In this document: one piece after another, positions 12,906 to 24,587 of the stretch
Numbering within the stretch: position 1 is the stretch's first letter
Layout: each line of letters begins with the position of its first letter
Source: Scyliorhinus canicula
Lineage: Eukaryota
Length of the DNA: 64,000 bases
Assembly: GCF_902713615.1 (NCBI RefSeq)
Contig: NC_052149.1
Coordinates: 198,582,059 to 198,646,058 of the forward strand
Direction: 5' to 3'
The notes under the pieces: generated by a model
What the model was told of the DNA's origin: nothing
The model's database searches: none
Seen by the model: the letters and a program-made list of their open reading frames with translations, nothing else
Made by a program: the position numbers and the translations under genes

Positions 12906-13842
12906 CTGTAGTGACATGTATGACCGACTGGTAGATAGGGACGACACCGTACTGGACGCAACAAGGAGGAAATGGGAGGACGACCTGGGGATGGAGATCG
13001 GGTGGGGACTCTGGAGCGAAGCACTGCATAGGGTCAACTCCACCTCCACGTGCGCAAGGCTCAGCCTGACGCAACTAAAAGTGGTACATAGAGCCCACTT
13101 AACAAGAACCCGTATGAGTAGGTTCTTCCCGGAGGTGGAAGACAGATGTGAACGGTGCCAAAGAGGCCCGGCCAACCACGCCCACATGTTCTGGTCCTGC
13201 CCCAGACTCGTGGAGTACTGGACAGCCTTCTTCGAGGTAATGTCCAAAGTGGTGGGAGTGAGGGTGGAGCCATGCCCGATAGTGGCGGTCTTCGGGGTTT
13301 CAGAACAGCCAGATCTATTCCTGGGGAGGAGGGCGGATGCCCTTGCCTTTGCCTCCCTGATCGCCCGCCGTAGAATCCTGTTTGGCTGGCGGTCAGCAGC
13401 ACCGCCCAGAGCTGCGGACTGGCTGTCCGACCTCTCGGAATCTCTCCAAATGGAGAAAATCAAATTTGCCATCCGAGGGTCGGACGACGGCTTCCACAGA
13501 ACGTGGGAGCCATTCATGCAACTGTTCCGGGACCTATTTGTGGCCAATGTACAAGAGGAAGAATAGTCGGGGGAAGGTAGCGGGGGGGGGGGGGGGGCTA
13601 CAGGTTCGTTACGGGGGTTCGATGGCTAGCTAAGGCCCAAAACCAAGCTAAATAAACATGTTGAGGGGGGGGGGGGGGGGGGGCGCAGTTACTACTACGA
13701 AGATGCTTACCTGTAAATATGTATGTTAATTTTTGCGTGTTTGTTTTTGTTTGTTTTTTTTTCTCTCTCCTAACAATTTGTAATTTGTTCAATATAAAAT
13801 ACGAAAACTGAATAAAAACATTTATAAAAAAAAAAAAAAAAA
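12906..13842 (+). mobile_element. 5'-truncated L1/Tx1-clade LINE with poly(A) tail
   Basis: 15-bp TSD AAAAATTTATTGGAC (12891-12905 and 13843-13857) at a TT/AAAA site; AATAAA followed by poly(A). Confidence 0.9.
12916..13566 (+). CDS. L1/Tx1 ORF2 C-terminal fragment (CCHC zinc-binding domain); open but 5'-truncated
   Basis: 216-aa uninterrupted ORF with CERCQRGPANHAHMFWSC and ARRRILFGW motifs. Confidence 0.8.
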   Translation: MYDRLVDRDDTVLDATRRKWEDDLGMEIGWGLWSEALHRVNSTSTCARLSLTQLKVVHRAHLTRTRMSRFFPEVEDRCERCQRGPANHAHMFWSCPRLVEYWTAFFEVMSKVVGVRVEPCPIVAVFGVSEQPDLFLGRRADALAFASLIARRRILFGWRSAAPPRAADWLSDLSESLQMEKIKFAIRGSDDGFHRTWEPFMQLFRDLFVANVQEEE

Positions 13843-14499
13843 AAAAATTTATTGGACAAGCATATGGATGATAAGGGCATAGTGTAGGTTAGATGGCCTT
13901 TAGTTTTTTTTTTCCATGTCGGTGCAACATCGAGGGCCGAAGGGCCTGTACTGCGCTGTATCGTTCTATGTTCTATGTTCTATGTTCTAATTCCTAGCAC
14001 CGGCCCTAATTCCGGGGCATGATTCCACCCCCCGCCCCCAATCTGAAACACTGAAATTCGAGCTTTGATCAAAATGGTGGGTTTAACCCCAGTTTCCCAC
14101 ATCAGTCATCCTTCCCCTGTTCAAACAGACATCCTCGACTCCGGTACTGCAGCTTGCTACCCCTCACTCCCAGGTACGCTTTGCAATTCTTGTGCACCTT
14201 TTTTGGCACCTTTCATTAATAAAATTATTTCCATCACCTTTTTAAAATCTAGCTCTGATTCAGTTTGTGATTTATTTAGGATAGATACATTATTTATTCT
14301 GCACACCAGTCTATCTCTTAACAGATCATTCAGAGATGTCCAAAAGTTACAATATTCTGCTGGTTTCCTTAATCTGGCCATGAAGACAATAGACTCTCGT
14401 ATTCCCACCCTCCCCCACCCACCCCCGCCCCCCTCCACTGTTGAATTGAGTTTAGGATGATAATGATTCCTAACCAACTCCACAAGTTCAGTAAATTAT

Positions 14500-14645
14500 T
14501 TGACCCCAGCTGCGGGTCATTGTCTAAGTGGAGTTTACACATTTTCCCCATGTCTGCGTGGGTTTCAACTGCACAACCCAAAGATGTGCAGGTAAATTGC
14601 CCTTTAGTTGTAAAAAATTATTGGCTACTCTAAGTTTTAAAAACA
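14500..14645 (+). mobile_element. Partial short SINE inside the Gypsy gag
   Basis: GGGTCATTGTCTAAGTGGAGTTTACACATTTTCCCC...CCCAAAGATGTGCAGG core. Confidence 0.65.
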
Positions 14646-14769
14646 AAGCTCAACCTTATCAAAATTAGCTTGATGGCACCTCTTCTGCAGTATACTGAAC
14701 ATGCTTTGAATCACACTGGAAGGTATTTCTTTCCTTATCCTTGAAATTGGAGTGCCAATTTCTTTTCTT

Positions 14770-14779
14770 CTCGTCGCCA
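14770..14779 (-). promoter_or_regulatory. Primer-binding site complementary to the 3' end of tRNA-Ser(GCT)
   Basis: + strand CTCGTCGCCA directly before the LTR terminus TGTAAT; matches the ...CTCGTCG-CCA end of tRNA-Ser(GCT). Confidence 0.7.
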
Positions 14780-14780
14780 A

Positions 14781-15050
14781 TGTAATGAACTCCAGGCGAC
14801 AACTAGCGGGTGAAAAGAACTATTTATCTAAGACAGAAAACTATTTACAAGTAACCATTTTCCAAACAGAACACAGCAAAACAACAAGTCCTACCCTCCT
14901 CTTGTCCAGTCTTTGACAGCGGGCCTTAAAGGCCCGCCTTCCAGCTAGATCTGCGCGCGCTCAAACTCCATTGTCCAGGGAGTCATGTGGCCTCTGGGAT
15001 TTGCTGAAATCTTGGACGAGGAGATTACATGGTCTCTGAGGTTTAACCAG
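14781..15050 (-). repeat. 5' LTR of the minus-strand Gypsy
   Basis: Shares CAGAAAACTATTTACAAGTAACCATTTTCCAAAC and further blocks with 8539-8820; strongly diverged. Confidence 0.7.
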
Positions 15051-16177
15051 CTAAGGGTGTCTGGAGGGCTGTCAATGAATGAAGAACAAAGCACAGTGAG
15101 AATGAGGGATTGGGAATGGAAATAGAGAATGTTGTTTCTCCTTCAAAGAGAGTACTAATCTCCATTGTCTGAAATGTCCAGGAACACAAGTTTTAGCTGT
15201 CAACTCCTCAATTTTTGTGGAGCATTCATTATGCTTGCAGACAGTCGAGACAGTTTAAATGCATATGGTTCAAAGGATGGACAAGTGGGAGGTGACCAGT
15301 ACGCTATTGCAAGACTTTGTTGGAAATTTCCCATTATGTGCAGGACTCCATGGACATACAGTGACAGCCTAGAAGTTACCTACAGCATCACAATGCCAGG
15401 AACAGCTTAGAAAGATATTGATGACTTCCATAGTGACTCCGAGCTCTGCAGATACCCTCAAAATCAACCGAAACACCAAGCTTGCACGGAGCTTCCAGAA
15501 GCTGATTGGTCACTTTCGTTGGCAGGTGATGACGCTAACCAACAGCACCTTTAATTCTGTGGCCAGCGCCAGTGGGTTGAAAGCAGTGAATGCAGCTGTT
15601 ACTGTCCCTCTGAGAAATAGCATTGAGCCTGGCGCCTTTGGTCCCACTAATGCATACAAATGAGGGAGCTTCAAACATGGAGCCAGTGCCATTTGCCTGA
15701 GGGACATCAGCTTCCCGATGAAATGAGTCACCTCAGGCCTCAAAAGGCACCAGAGGACCCAGCCACCCACTACTTCATTTTACAATTTCAATTAGTATTA
15801 TTTTTGTACAGAAACACTGTACGTTTACTCAATATCTTAATATTTCAAATTCGCCCATGATCAGAGGCTCACCGTATGGGTATCGTGGATGAACATTGGT
15901 GTCCTACCAATTGCTTTGGTTGCTAAGTGATACATCGCATCCAAGTCTCCCTATTCGGGATCAAAGAATTTCCAATGATGACCAAGAGTTTGTTCCCTGT
16001 GCCTATCTCTCTCTTTATTCTGCATGAGGTCTCTCCTATGTTGTTTAGAGATGCAGAAAATTCCTTCCCTCCCTCTGATTCCTACTCTACCACAGTAGAG
16101 AAGCCCATTCTGTCCCCTTTCCAACAGTGTGATATAAAGTTTGGAAGTCACCACATGAGAAACTATGGGGATTGAAC

Positions 16178-16756
16178 TGTCACATGAGTGACCCTTTAAG
16201 AAAGGTTTTTGTCTTATCACATGGCTTCAGTGATGCCATTTTGAGGATGGAGCTGGGCAGTGGCTGTGTGAGTTGTTTTAACTTTTTCTTTCAGTTTTGA
16301 CTGCTGTGGACGACAGACAGTAAAAATAAATGTTTTGGCCTGTCTCTCTATTTTCATTTTAAATATCTGTTCCAGAAGTAAACAGGTTGTGACTACCTGC
16401 TTCAGTAATTTAAAAGGTATAGTCAAGGAAAGCCAGTCTCATTCAAGTGAGAATACAGTGTGCTGGGTCAAGCCCTTGAATAGAGGTTTTTGGTTTATGA
16501 GATTTTGTTTTTTGAATTGGAACAGTTAAGGAGGAATTCATTTGTAATTGATAACAATTCTTGCTGTGTGTTTATATACATATATTAATTAAGTTCTTAG
16601 AATAAAGCTTGTTTTGATTGGGAAGCTTGGGAAGACTGCTGAATCACACCTCAAGTGAAGGCTCTTGTGCTCATCCAAGCTAAATTCAACATAAAAGTTA
16701 TAGGTCAGGTGGACTCCATAATACACTTTGGAGTTTCTAATCCCTGGCCCATAACA
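16178..16756 (+). repeat. Solo LTR (family A)
   Basis: TGTCA...TAACA termini; exact 4-bp TSD GAAC; AATAAA; homologous to 58584-59171 and 62554-63182. Confidence 0.85.
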
Positions 16757-17689
16757 GAACCAATGACTTTGTGGTGTGATTCACTGATCACAAAGATATT
16801 ACCATCACCATGCTGTGCAAATTTAATTAGTTTTTGTCATTGTGCAGTGAAGCATGCCTATCGTCGCAGCCAAGAGCACAGAGTTGCAATATTATTGAAA
16901 AAAGTAAGGAGCAAACAAAATTAGTATAAACTTAGGATAAATATGGAAGTTAATGTACAGTCGGTTTATGAGTATGTACATCCCAGTGACAAATTGTAGC
17001 CTGGGTTATGAGCAGATGCTGAGGCAATAAATGATCATCTTTGCAAAGAAGGATTCTCTGTGCGATGACAGGAATCTATTCCACATCAGCAGCTGCCAGC
17101 ATCTTAATCATGGGCTGCATGCTTTTCTAGCCATCGGTGCCATGTCAGTGTCAAGAAAAATTACCATGTTGTCACTTGTTTGATGGAATATTGTTTTCAA
17201 GATTTGTGGCTGAAAATTGCTCCTCCATTATTTCCATTAATAGCTTTTATTGTCTCAGTTCAGGCAGTCAATATGTATTTGCCGCTTGGCATGCAGGCAG
17301 CTGCTGGTGAATTTTAACTTGCAGCAGCGTGTGGAGGGGCAGGTTTTAAAAGTGTGGGAAAATGTTGGGAAAGCTGGTCCATGTTGCCGACTTCCACAGT
17401 TAACTGCAACGGGGCAGGAAGATTGTCAATGTCAGTGTGTTCGTCATTCAATTACAGCAATATTAACATGGCTTATGGAATTTAATTATAGGTGCACGAG
17501 TTTTCTGGAAGTCGCCAATCAAAAGACTCAGTAAGATGAACAATAATTGGCAGGTGGGGGGGGGGGGGGGGGGGGGCGAGGGGAGTGAGGAGGTTGTTTC
17601 TGACATAATGAGGAAATAACGTGATAAATACCGAAAATTAACAATTGATTTCTTGCCTGATTGCTGGAAAGGCTTTGTTCAGTCAAATA

Positions 17690-17820
17690 AAAGAAATGCT
17701 GGAAACATTCAGCAAGTCAGGCAGCATCTGTGGATCATCGACCTGAAATGTTGAGACTGTATTTCCCTCTCTACAGATACTGCCTGACCTCCCGAGCGTT
17801 TCCGGTATTTTCAGTTTTGG
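17690..17820. repeat. Short imperfect hairpin element of the type common in sharks, internally deleted
   Basis: AAATGCTGGAAACATTCAGCAAGTCAGGCAGCATCTGTGGA is an imperfect inverted repeat of CTACAGATACTGCCTGACCTCCCGAGCGTTTCCGGTATTT. Confidence 0.6.
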
Positions 17821-19112
17821 TGCCCCAACAATGGCTGGTCCACCTACACCTGTTTATGTGTAAAGTAGGCAATGGAACTGAGGGCTTAGTGGACGCAGGG
17901 AGCACGGTGGAGCAGTCATTGAGATGAGTGAGACTTTTAAGCACTTTGAATGGGGTCCCCACTTCTTTCCTTTCAACATCACTCCTCTCGTGGCTACCCA
18001 CACTTCCCTCATAACAATGAGCGAAAGAGCACTTTGTGCAAATCAGTAAGGTGATCAGCGACCATGGTAACGTTTCAAGAATGCTGTTGAAGGTGGCACT
18101 CAGTGTACAAGTCATTGATGAGGTTCTGCATGCCTTTGTATGAGCACTAAGGAGGTGACCACACTTTCCTTGGAGGAAGACATAATTGATGACGCCTGCA
18201 ACACCATGTCACTCATGATTGAGATTGACTCCTACATTACTCTCTAAAAGTGCACCTATTGGAGTTGGAAATGTGCCAGTAAAACATACATTCTTTGCTG
18301 CTGTTTCAGAAGTATACTACTTACCAATGGTTTTTCTTTTCAGCATCTGCATCCACTCGAACAGTGCCTGGAGCAACCTGTAACCTCCAACAAAGACCCT
18401 TCACTGCTATCCATATCATCACCCATCTGCTTTTCCAGCAGTTGTATTAGGTGAATCCACAGGTGAAAGCTCACTATTCTCTTTACTGGCCCTGCCAATG
18501 CTTAACCATTTGAACGACTGTGTGATCTGTATGGGTCTTGTCACAATGCATCTTCAGAGGGAGTGAGCACTGCTCAGGACTCATTGTCCAACTCCTGTGG
18601 GCATTTAAAAAACACTGTGGCAGATTGAGGACATGAAATAAAACTGCCAAGGAAAGACAGTTCTAAGCGACCATTCTGCACTAGGTTGCATTTTACTTAC
18701 TGCTGAAATCATTTGAATTCATATGCCCTTTAAGAATAATTGCAGTTCCGGCCATTTGCAGGTATTGACCCCACAATCACTGCAAAGTGTCATTGGTATG
18801 ATCTTTTGGGAAGTGGCTTCTTAATTGGCCACGTCAGCATCCACAATCCAATTCAGGACAGCGGAGGGGATTCTGAGGCTGCAGGACTAATCAGATGGCC
18901 AGAAGACTTGAACGAATGGTAGCCTCACAGGCAAGACTGGTGTTGCTGCAGCTGCTGCTGGATAGGGGCATGGATGTTATATATTTGCCAGGTTATTATA
19001 TATCTTACTTTTCATAGAGCAATGCAGAAATGTCTATATTAATAAATCAGCACCAGTTTCTTTACGGAACTTTAAAACATCTTGGAATTTACAGGATTTG
19101 TACAGACATGTG

Positions 19113-19759
19113 GGGCGGGATTCTCCGTTTCCCGACACTGATTTCGTAATCGGCGATTGGAGGGGAATTCCTTTTGCCACCGAAATCGGGGGCGGCGCCT
19201 GTTTGACGCAGGTTTTGTATGCTCCACCCCCTCCACAATGGTGCCATCGCGGCGACTGCCGCATGCCATTGGGAGGGCCTCAGCGGGTCACCTGAAGGCC
19301 CTCACCTGATGCTCTACCCCCGACGGGTCGAATTCCCGACCGTGTGGTTGATATGTGGTCTCAGTGGTCGGCAACTCAGTTTGGCAGCTGCGGACTGTGT
19401 CCAGCAGCGCCACAGTCATGAGGGAGCCTTGCTGCTAGCCAGGGGGGCTTCCGCGAGGGCTGGGGGACTGGTGGCTGATGGCCAGGGGGTGGCCAGGCGG
19501 GCGCTATCTGGCAGGTCAGGTCTGAGCAAGGCCGGCGGCATGTTTTATGGCGTGACCGCAGTAGGTCATCGCCGTGTGCATGCGCAGCCATGAACCTGGC
19601 CATTCTCCGTCCGTTTAATTCGTGGAGGCCAGGATTTTTATGCGGTGCGGGTGCTAGTCCCTCACCGGTCACAGGATCGGTGAGGGGACGGCGCTGGTGT
19701 TTTCCACATAAAAAGCCACAGTTACTCGCACTTAGCCTCAGAAACAGAGAATCTAGCCC
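19113..19759. mobile_element. PIF/Harbinger-type MITE
   Basis: TIRs GGGCGGGATTCTC / GAGAATCTAGCCC; reverse-orientation relative of 23018-23652. Confidence 0.8.
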
Positions 19760-20189
19760 ATGGTCTTTGCAAGGAGCCACTCCTTAAATAGGTACTTAAA
19801 TTTGTGTTGTTCAGGCCATAATATTTTAAGTGGCTATTGTGATAGGTTTTCCACTTTTTATTATAGACACATAAATTTCTTTATATACAGTATTTTAAAG
19901 AATGTTGAGACAATCTCCACTGTTTCACATTGGAATACTTCAGAAGTCCTGACCCACAAAGATGCACAATAATTGCCCAGAAGGTTTAAACTTCTGATGG
20001 GAATTTGCACAACCTGGACCCCTACGATGTCTCAACACTGACCTCAGTGTTGGAGACTTGGTCCTGTTTCATGATGCTCATCCAGATAATAAAATTAGTA
20101 TTGTCCTGCTGTTAATTTCTGGTGTAGGCCAGTGATTAACAACACAGACCACCCTAAAATTCCTGTCATGAAACTCTAAGTATCCACAC

Positions 20190-20430
20190 ACCCCTGACTA
20201 CCCACTCCCCAAACTGGCTGTCTACCCTCCCCACCTGATTATCCACTTTCCTAACGACCCACTCACTGACCTGGCTACCCACCTACTAACTCTCCCGCCC
20301 TCTGACTCCTCTACAGGCTCACCCACTTGTGCCCTACTCACTCACCACCCAACTCACTCACCCACCCACTGATCCATTACTTCAGCCACCCATTAATTTT
20401 CCAACTCACTCACTCCTTACCTAAATAATC
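20190..20430. repeat. Low-complexity (CACT/CACC)-rich tract
   Basis: Repeated CCCACTCAC/ACTCACC words. Confidence 0.6.
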
Positions 20431-20615
20431 AGCTCAACACCACTTTTTCAAGGGCATTTTCTGTGAATAAACATTGAAAAAAATACGAAACTCTGAAGAC
20501 CTTTAAATATTTACAGTCGTTTGGTAGTACAGAACTATGAATACAGAGGGGGAGCCTGCTTGTTTTCATGATCTCACTCCAATCAGGTTTACAGGAGAGG
20601 GCAATATGCACATCA

Positions 20616-20783
<168 letters not shown>

Positions 20784-20989
20784 TTAGTGTGTTTTAAATG
20801 TGCTGTCATAGGTCAGATACAGCAGCATAGTCTTTTCATTTGGAGTCAGTTGTCAGTTGATAACTGACACTGGGATCTCAACCTCAAAAGGAACTTTTCA
20901 TCCACCACTTCTCTTTCATAACCTAAAATTTCTACTCTCATTTGCCAGTACTTCCTTGCACATGACACACATGGGTTTTGCATCCTAAA

Positions 20990-22198
20990 GGAACATCCTA
21001 ATACTTATGAGGCAACTGGATAACAATCACATTCAGTTATGTTCTCCTGTCTATGCTGAAGCCCCCATGGCAGCAGGTTCTGATTCACAGTTATCATGTC
21101 ATTGAAATCCCAGGGCGATGTGGAGCTGCCATTTACTCTGTGCCATTTGCCATCTGCTAGCCAGGAATAAATATAGGCAGGGAGGAGGAATGCCTCCAAG
21201 GACACGGCTAGTGTACGGCAGCCAATTGTTAACTCCACATCTCCATCCTCCTGGGTGAATGGTCTAGGCCGGCAAGGGAAAATAGTCTTTGTATGCTGTC
21301 AAGGGCAATGGTCTGTCTATAGAGTTGTGAGGATAGTGGCGACAAGTGGAGACAAGTGGAATAGTGTCAGGAGGCAGCTTCTCAAGCATGGCTCTCATCA
21401 CCCTGGTCAAGGAATAGTATCATGTATAACCGAGGGAATATCTGTCCCTGGTCCTCCAGGATATTCTTTAACGGAAGGTGTTGGGTGGGTACACCATGTC
21501 TAAATGGAGGCCAGGTGAAGGGCTTATCACTGGCCTGCTGTCTTTGAGATGGAGGGAAATCTATAAAGGACATTCCCACTAAATGTGTCACTTCAATTCA
21601 TCCACTGAGGTGTCAATGATGCAGGCTGTGGGCAACCTGCCCTGGTATTGGCTCTAATCCAGATGAAGAGAAGGTGGGCGGATTACCGATTGGCACAGGC
21701 GAGGAGGAGAAAGGGACTGAGCAACAAGAGCCAGTAGGGCCTCTAGGAGGTCAGGATGTTGGAAAACATGGACCACTGCAGCAACGGGCTTTTACCCAAC
21801 AATGGGTGTATTGCAGGCATTGCTCTTTTTGATAAATGAGCGAGAGGCAATATCAGAGGTGTCCTCGTAAGTCCCAGGCTGTGGTTGTTTACATCTCTCC
21901 AGTACGAGCTGCATCTACATTGACTCTGGAAGAGTAAAGTGGAGCTCCTGGCCTGCAATGAGTGAATACCTGTCTGGGGGTTATTTAAATATGGTTCCAA
22001 GACATTCTGCTCTATGAGGTAATAAGGTCATGGCAGGGTGGGCCCTGCCACGGGATTCGCTGAACTCATTGGGGATCCATAATTATTTCGCTGAAAAGTG
22101 GAAGATTGTGCATGTTCAGCCACTCTGCTTCCCAGTGGGGATCATGCCGACTTTCCCACCAACCACCAGACTTGGACTGCAGAATGGAAAATTCTGCC
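20990..22198. mobile_element. Highly decayed Harbinger-derived sequence
   Basis: Ends in TIR-like GGAAAATTCTGCC; contains remnants resembling the Harbinger Myb/SANT and transposase N-termini. Left boundary uncertain. Confidence 0.4.
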
Positions 22199-22504
22199 TA
22201 GATTAATGATTAGCCATTCATCTAGAAATTTAATTATATGTTTTTCACAACTGACAATACGTTGGGTTTGACATAGAGCCAAATTTTTAACTGTATTTGT
22301 ATCATTAGAATGAAGTTTAAAATACACATCCCGAGTCAATCTCTGCACAAAAGCAATTACAATGGAACATTACTTGAACCCAAGTGATATGTGAATGCAC
22401 AACATTTGCTGACTATTATATACTGCAAATAACTTTTCAAAAAATTAGATAATTGCTTGGAAAAGATAAATGTTGAATGGCGTGGAGAGCGAGCAGGATT
22501 CAAT

Positions 22505-22920
22505 TAGAATCACAGAATCACTGAATAATATAGCACAGAACAGGCCCTTCAGCCCATCGGGTCTGCACCGAGGCATGAAAAACACCTGTCCTGCCTACCT
22601 CATCCCATTTGCTAGCACTTGGCCCACAGCCTTGAATGTGCCAATTGCTCATCCAAAGAAATCACCTGTGCACCCTCTCCAAAACATTGACTTGCTTCCT
22701 AAAGTATGATGCCCAACAATGAACACAATACTCCAACTGCTTTCTGCCTTGTGATTTTTATTTCTATTTTTTTTAAAGTGCCCAATTCATTTTTTTTTCC
22801 AATTAAGGGGCAGTTTAGCGTTGCCAATCCACCTTCCCTGTGCACCTTTGGATTGTGCGCAGTGATTTTTAAAGGTTTAACATAACTTCCTGACTTTTGT
22901 GGTCAATTTATAAAGGCAAT
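22505..22920 (-). mobile_element. CR1 3' end with a short SINE tail; resumes at 29479-29900
   Basis: AGAATCACAGAATC...GGCCCTTCAGCCCATC tail; the continuation encodes GGVVNSSEYQRKMQRDIDKMEEW on the - strand. Confidence 0.7.
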
Positions 22921-23017
22921 CAGCGGTATTCTCCGTGGGCGGGATCCTCCGCTTCGCCGACAGTGCACCCCACCCTCAAGTTTCCCGACGGCATAGGTGG
23001 CCACAATGGGAAACCCC

Positions 23018-23652
23018 GGGCTGGATTCTCCATTTGGGAGACTAAGTCTCCACGCCGGCGTGAAAACGGTAGTGTTTTACGCCAGGAAAACTGGCACAAA
23101 ATGGCCACCAATTTGCCGTTTTGCTCGGGGCTCGCAGGGAGGCAGCGTAGAGCTCCCGGCACTAGCTGCTGATTCACCCCTGAGCATTTCCGGGTCCGTG
23201 GCTGCGCATGCGCATGGCGGCGGCCTGCAGCAGCTGCGCCATGCTTCATGGTGGACTCAGCCCATGGACCTGGACCGCAAAAATAGTAACCCCCTGCGGC
23301 CACTTGCGAGCCACGGACCTCCTGTCCACAGTACCCCCAGCCCCGAATGAAGCCTCCCATGCCCGCGGATCAGCCCTCCCCCGACTGTGGCGGCGCCGGA
23401 TTGAGTCCGCAGCCGCCACGCTAAGTTCACGACATCTGAGACCATTGGAGTCCACGCCATCGGGAACTCGGCCGGTCGGGGACGGAAGATCGAGGGCGGG
23501 CCTCAGGCAATGGCCTGAGGCCTTGGATACGTGGTGCGGCGTACTCCGAGAGCATGGGGAGAACGGTGCCTCCACTGATTTTGGTGTCATCAGGGATTCT
23601 CCGCCCCCTTGCCGAACGCGATTTTGGCGTCGGGGAGCAGAGAATCCAGCCC
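23018..23652. mobile_element. PIF/Harbinger-type MITE
   Basis: Perfect 13-bp TIR GGGCTGGATTCTC / GAGAATCCAGCCC; 3-bp flanks CCC/TCC. Confidence 0.85.
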
Positions 23653-23720
23653 TCCATTTACCGGCTGCTGGAACAGAGAATCTTGATGTCAGCGGGAGTG
23701 CACCATGCCGGAAAACTGGC

Positions 23721-24008
23721 TGTGGTGAATGTATAAGTACTGTTAATTCACCAGTATACTGTGTTGCATTATACCATGCTATTAACCCTGTGGGCTCTAT
23801 GGGCCACTGTGTGGCTTCACCCACAGGGAGAGATGTGGAGTATGTACGGGCTCCACCTATGGCTCCGCCCCTTTCAGGAAGTATAAGAGCAGCTGACCTG
23901 CGGGACCGCCTTCAGTATTGTACTTGTTGCAGACAGGCAAAGTTGTAAGCTGATTAAAACCATTGTTTACTTCGACTGGAGTCGCCGAGTGAATTGATGG
24001 TCGCATCA
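23721..24008 (+). repeat. 5' LTR
   Basis: TG...CA; TATAAG at 23882; ATTAAA at 23953-23958. Confidence 0.9.
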
Positions 24009-24245
24009 ATTTAAGCAGCTTAGAGAATTACTATGGAGTCAGCCCTCAAACCTGACAGACTGTAACTCAATCCTCAGGCCGCGGAGACAAAATACATTTT
24101 TTCACATTGGCTTCAGTGTTTCACGGCCTACCTGGCCGCGTCGTTGACATCATCCGTCATGGACGAACAGAAATTGAGTCTTCTCCATGCACGGGTGAGC
24201 CATCGCATTTCTGCCCAACTCGACGAAGCCACCTCCTCTACTGAG

Positions 24246-24371
24246 GGGAATGGGAAAGTTCAGCGCCGACGTTTCAGCGCCGACGTTTCAGCGCCGCCGT
24301 TTCAGCGCCAGGACATTTCAGCGCCAAATATTTCAGCGCCAAATATTTCAGCGTCAGGACGTTTCAGCGCT
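24246..24371 (+). repeat. Left terminal array: 8 copies of a TTTCAGCGCC-type core, spaced 13-16 bp
   Basis: Cores start at about 24258, 24271, 24285, 24299, 24315, 24330, 24345 and 24361. Confidence 0.92.
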
Positions 24372-24587
24372 CATTCATTCAGAAATCATTCTTGAGTATG
24401 GTCACAGGTATGACACAGGTATACCAGCTTTTACACTTAGTTATTTGGTTGTCTTTAGATTTTGTTGGAGTTTTATTATGATTACTGTTTAGATAAAGTT
24501 AGAGTTTAGTTAAGAAGTTTTTATACTTACTTAGTTATTTGGTAAATTTCTTTTGGTAAATTTGCTAAGTTCCATATCTTTAAACCC

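Larger units (their letters stand above)
12816..13988 (+). mobile_element. 5'-truncated CR1/HER1 3' end, split by an L1 insertion
   Basis: FTQRVVRPWNALP..VV...L..FK.LLD|KHM C-terminus; (GTTCTAT)n tail; flanked by AATT/AATT. Confidence 0.85.
12460..14008. mobile_element. hAT-type MITE containing nested CR1 and L1 fragments
   Basis: TIRs CAGGGCCGGT / ACCGGCCCTA; exact 8-bp TSD ATTCCGGG at 12452-12459 and 14009-14016. Confidence 0.85.
8539..15050 (-). mobile_element. Decayed full-length Gypsy (Mag-like) LTR retrotransposon carrying several nested insertions
   Basis: Related LTRs at about 8539-8820 and 14781-15050. On the - strand: PBS TGGCGACGAG next to the 5' LTR, PPT GGGGGAAGGA next to the 3' LTR. 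gag (ARLRKPAEYCNF...LRDRLVCRINN), protease (LMGRDWL), RT (WATSIVLVVKPD; VYLDD), RNase H (CDTSSHGIGVVLSH), integrase (VSDDGTAFTS; SNGLAERAVQTFK). Confidence 0.85.

Noticed and set aside
8534-15060. TSD for the minus-strand Gypsy
   Set aside because: No matching 4-6 bp flanks could be read; the LTRs are too diverged to fix the outer end.
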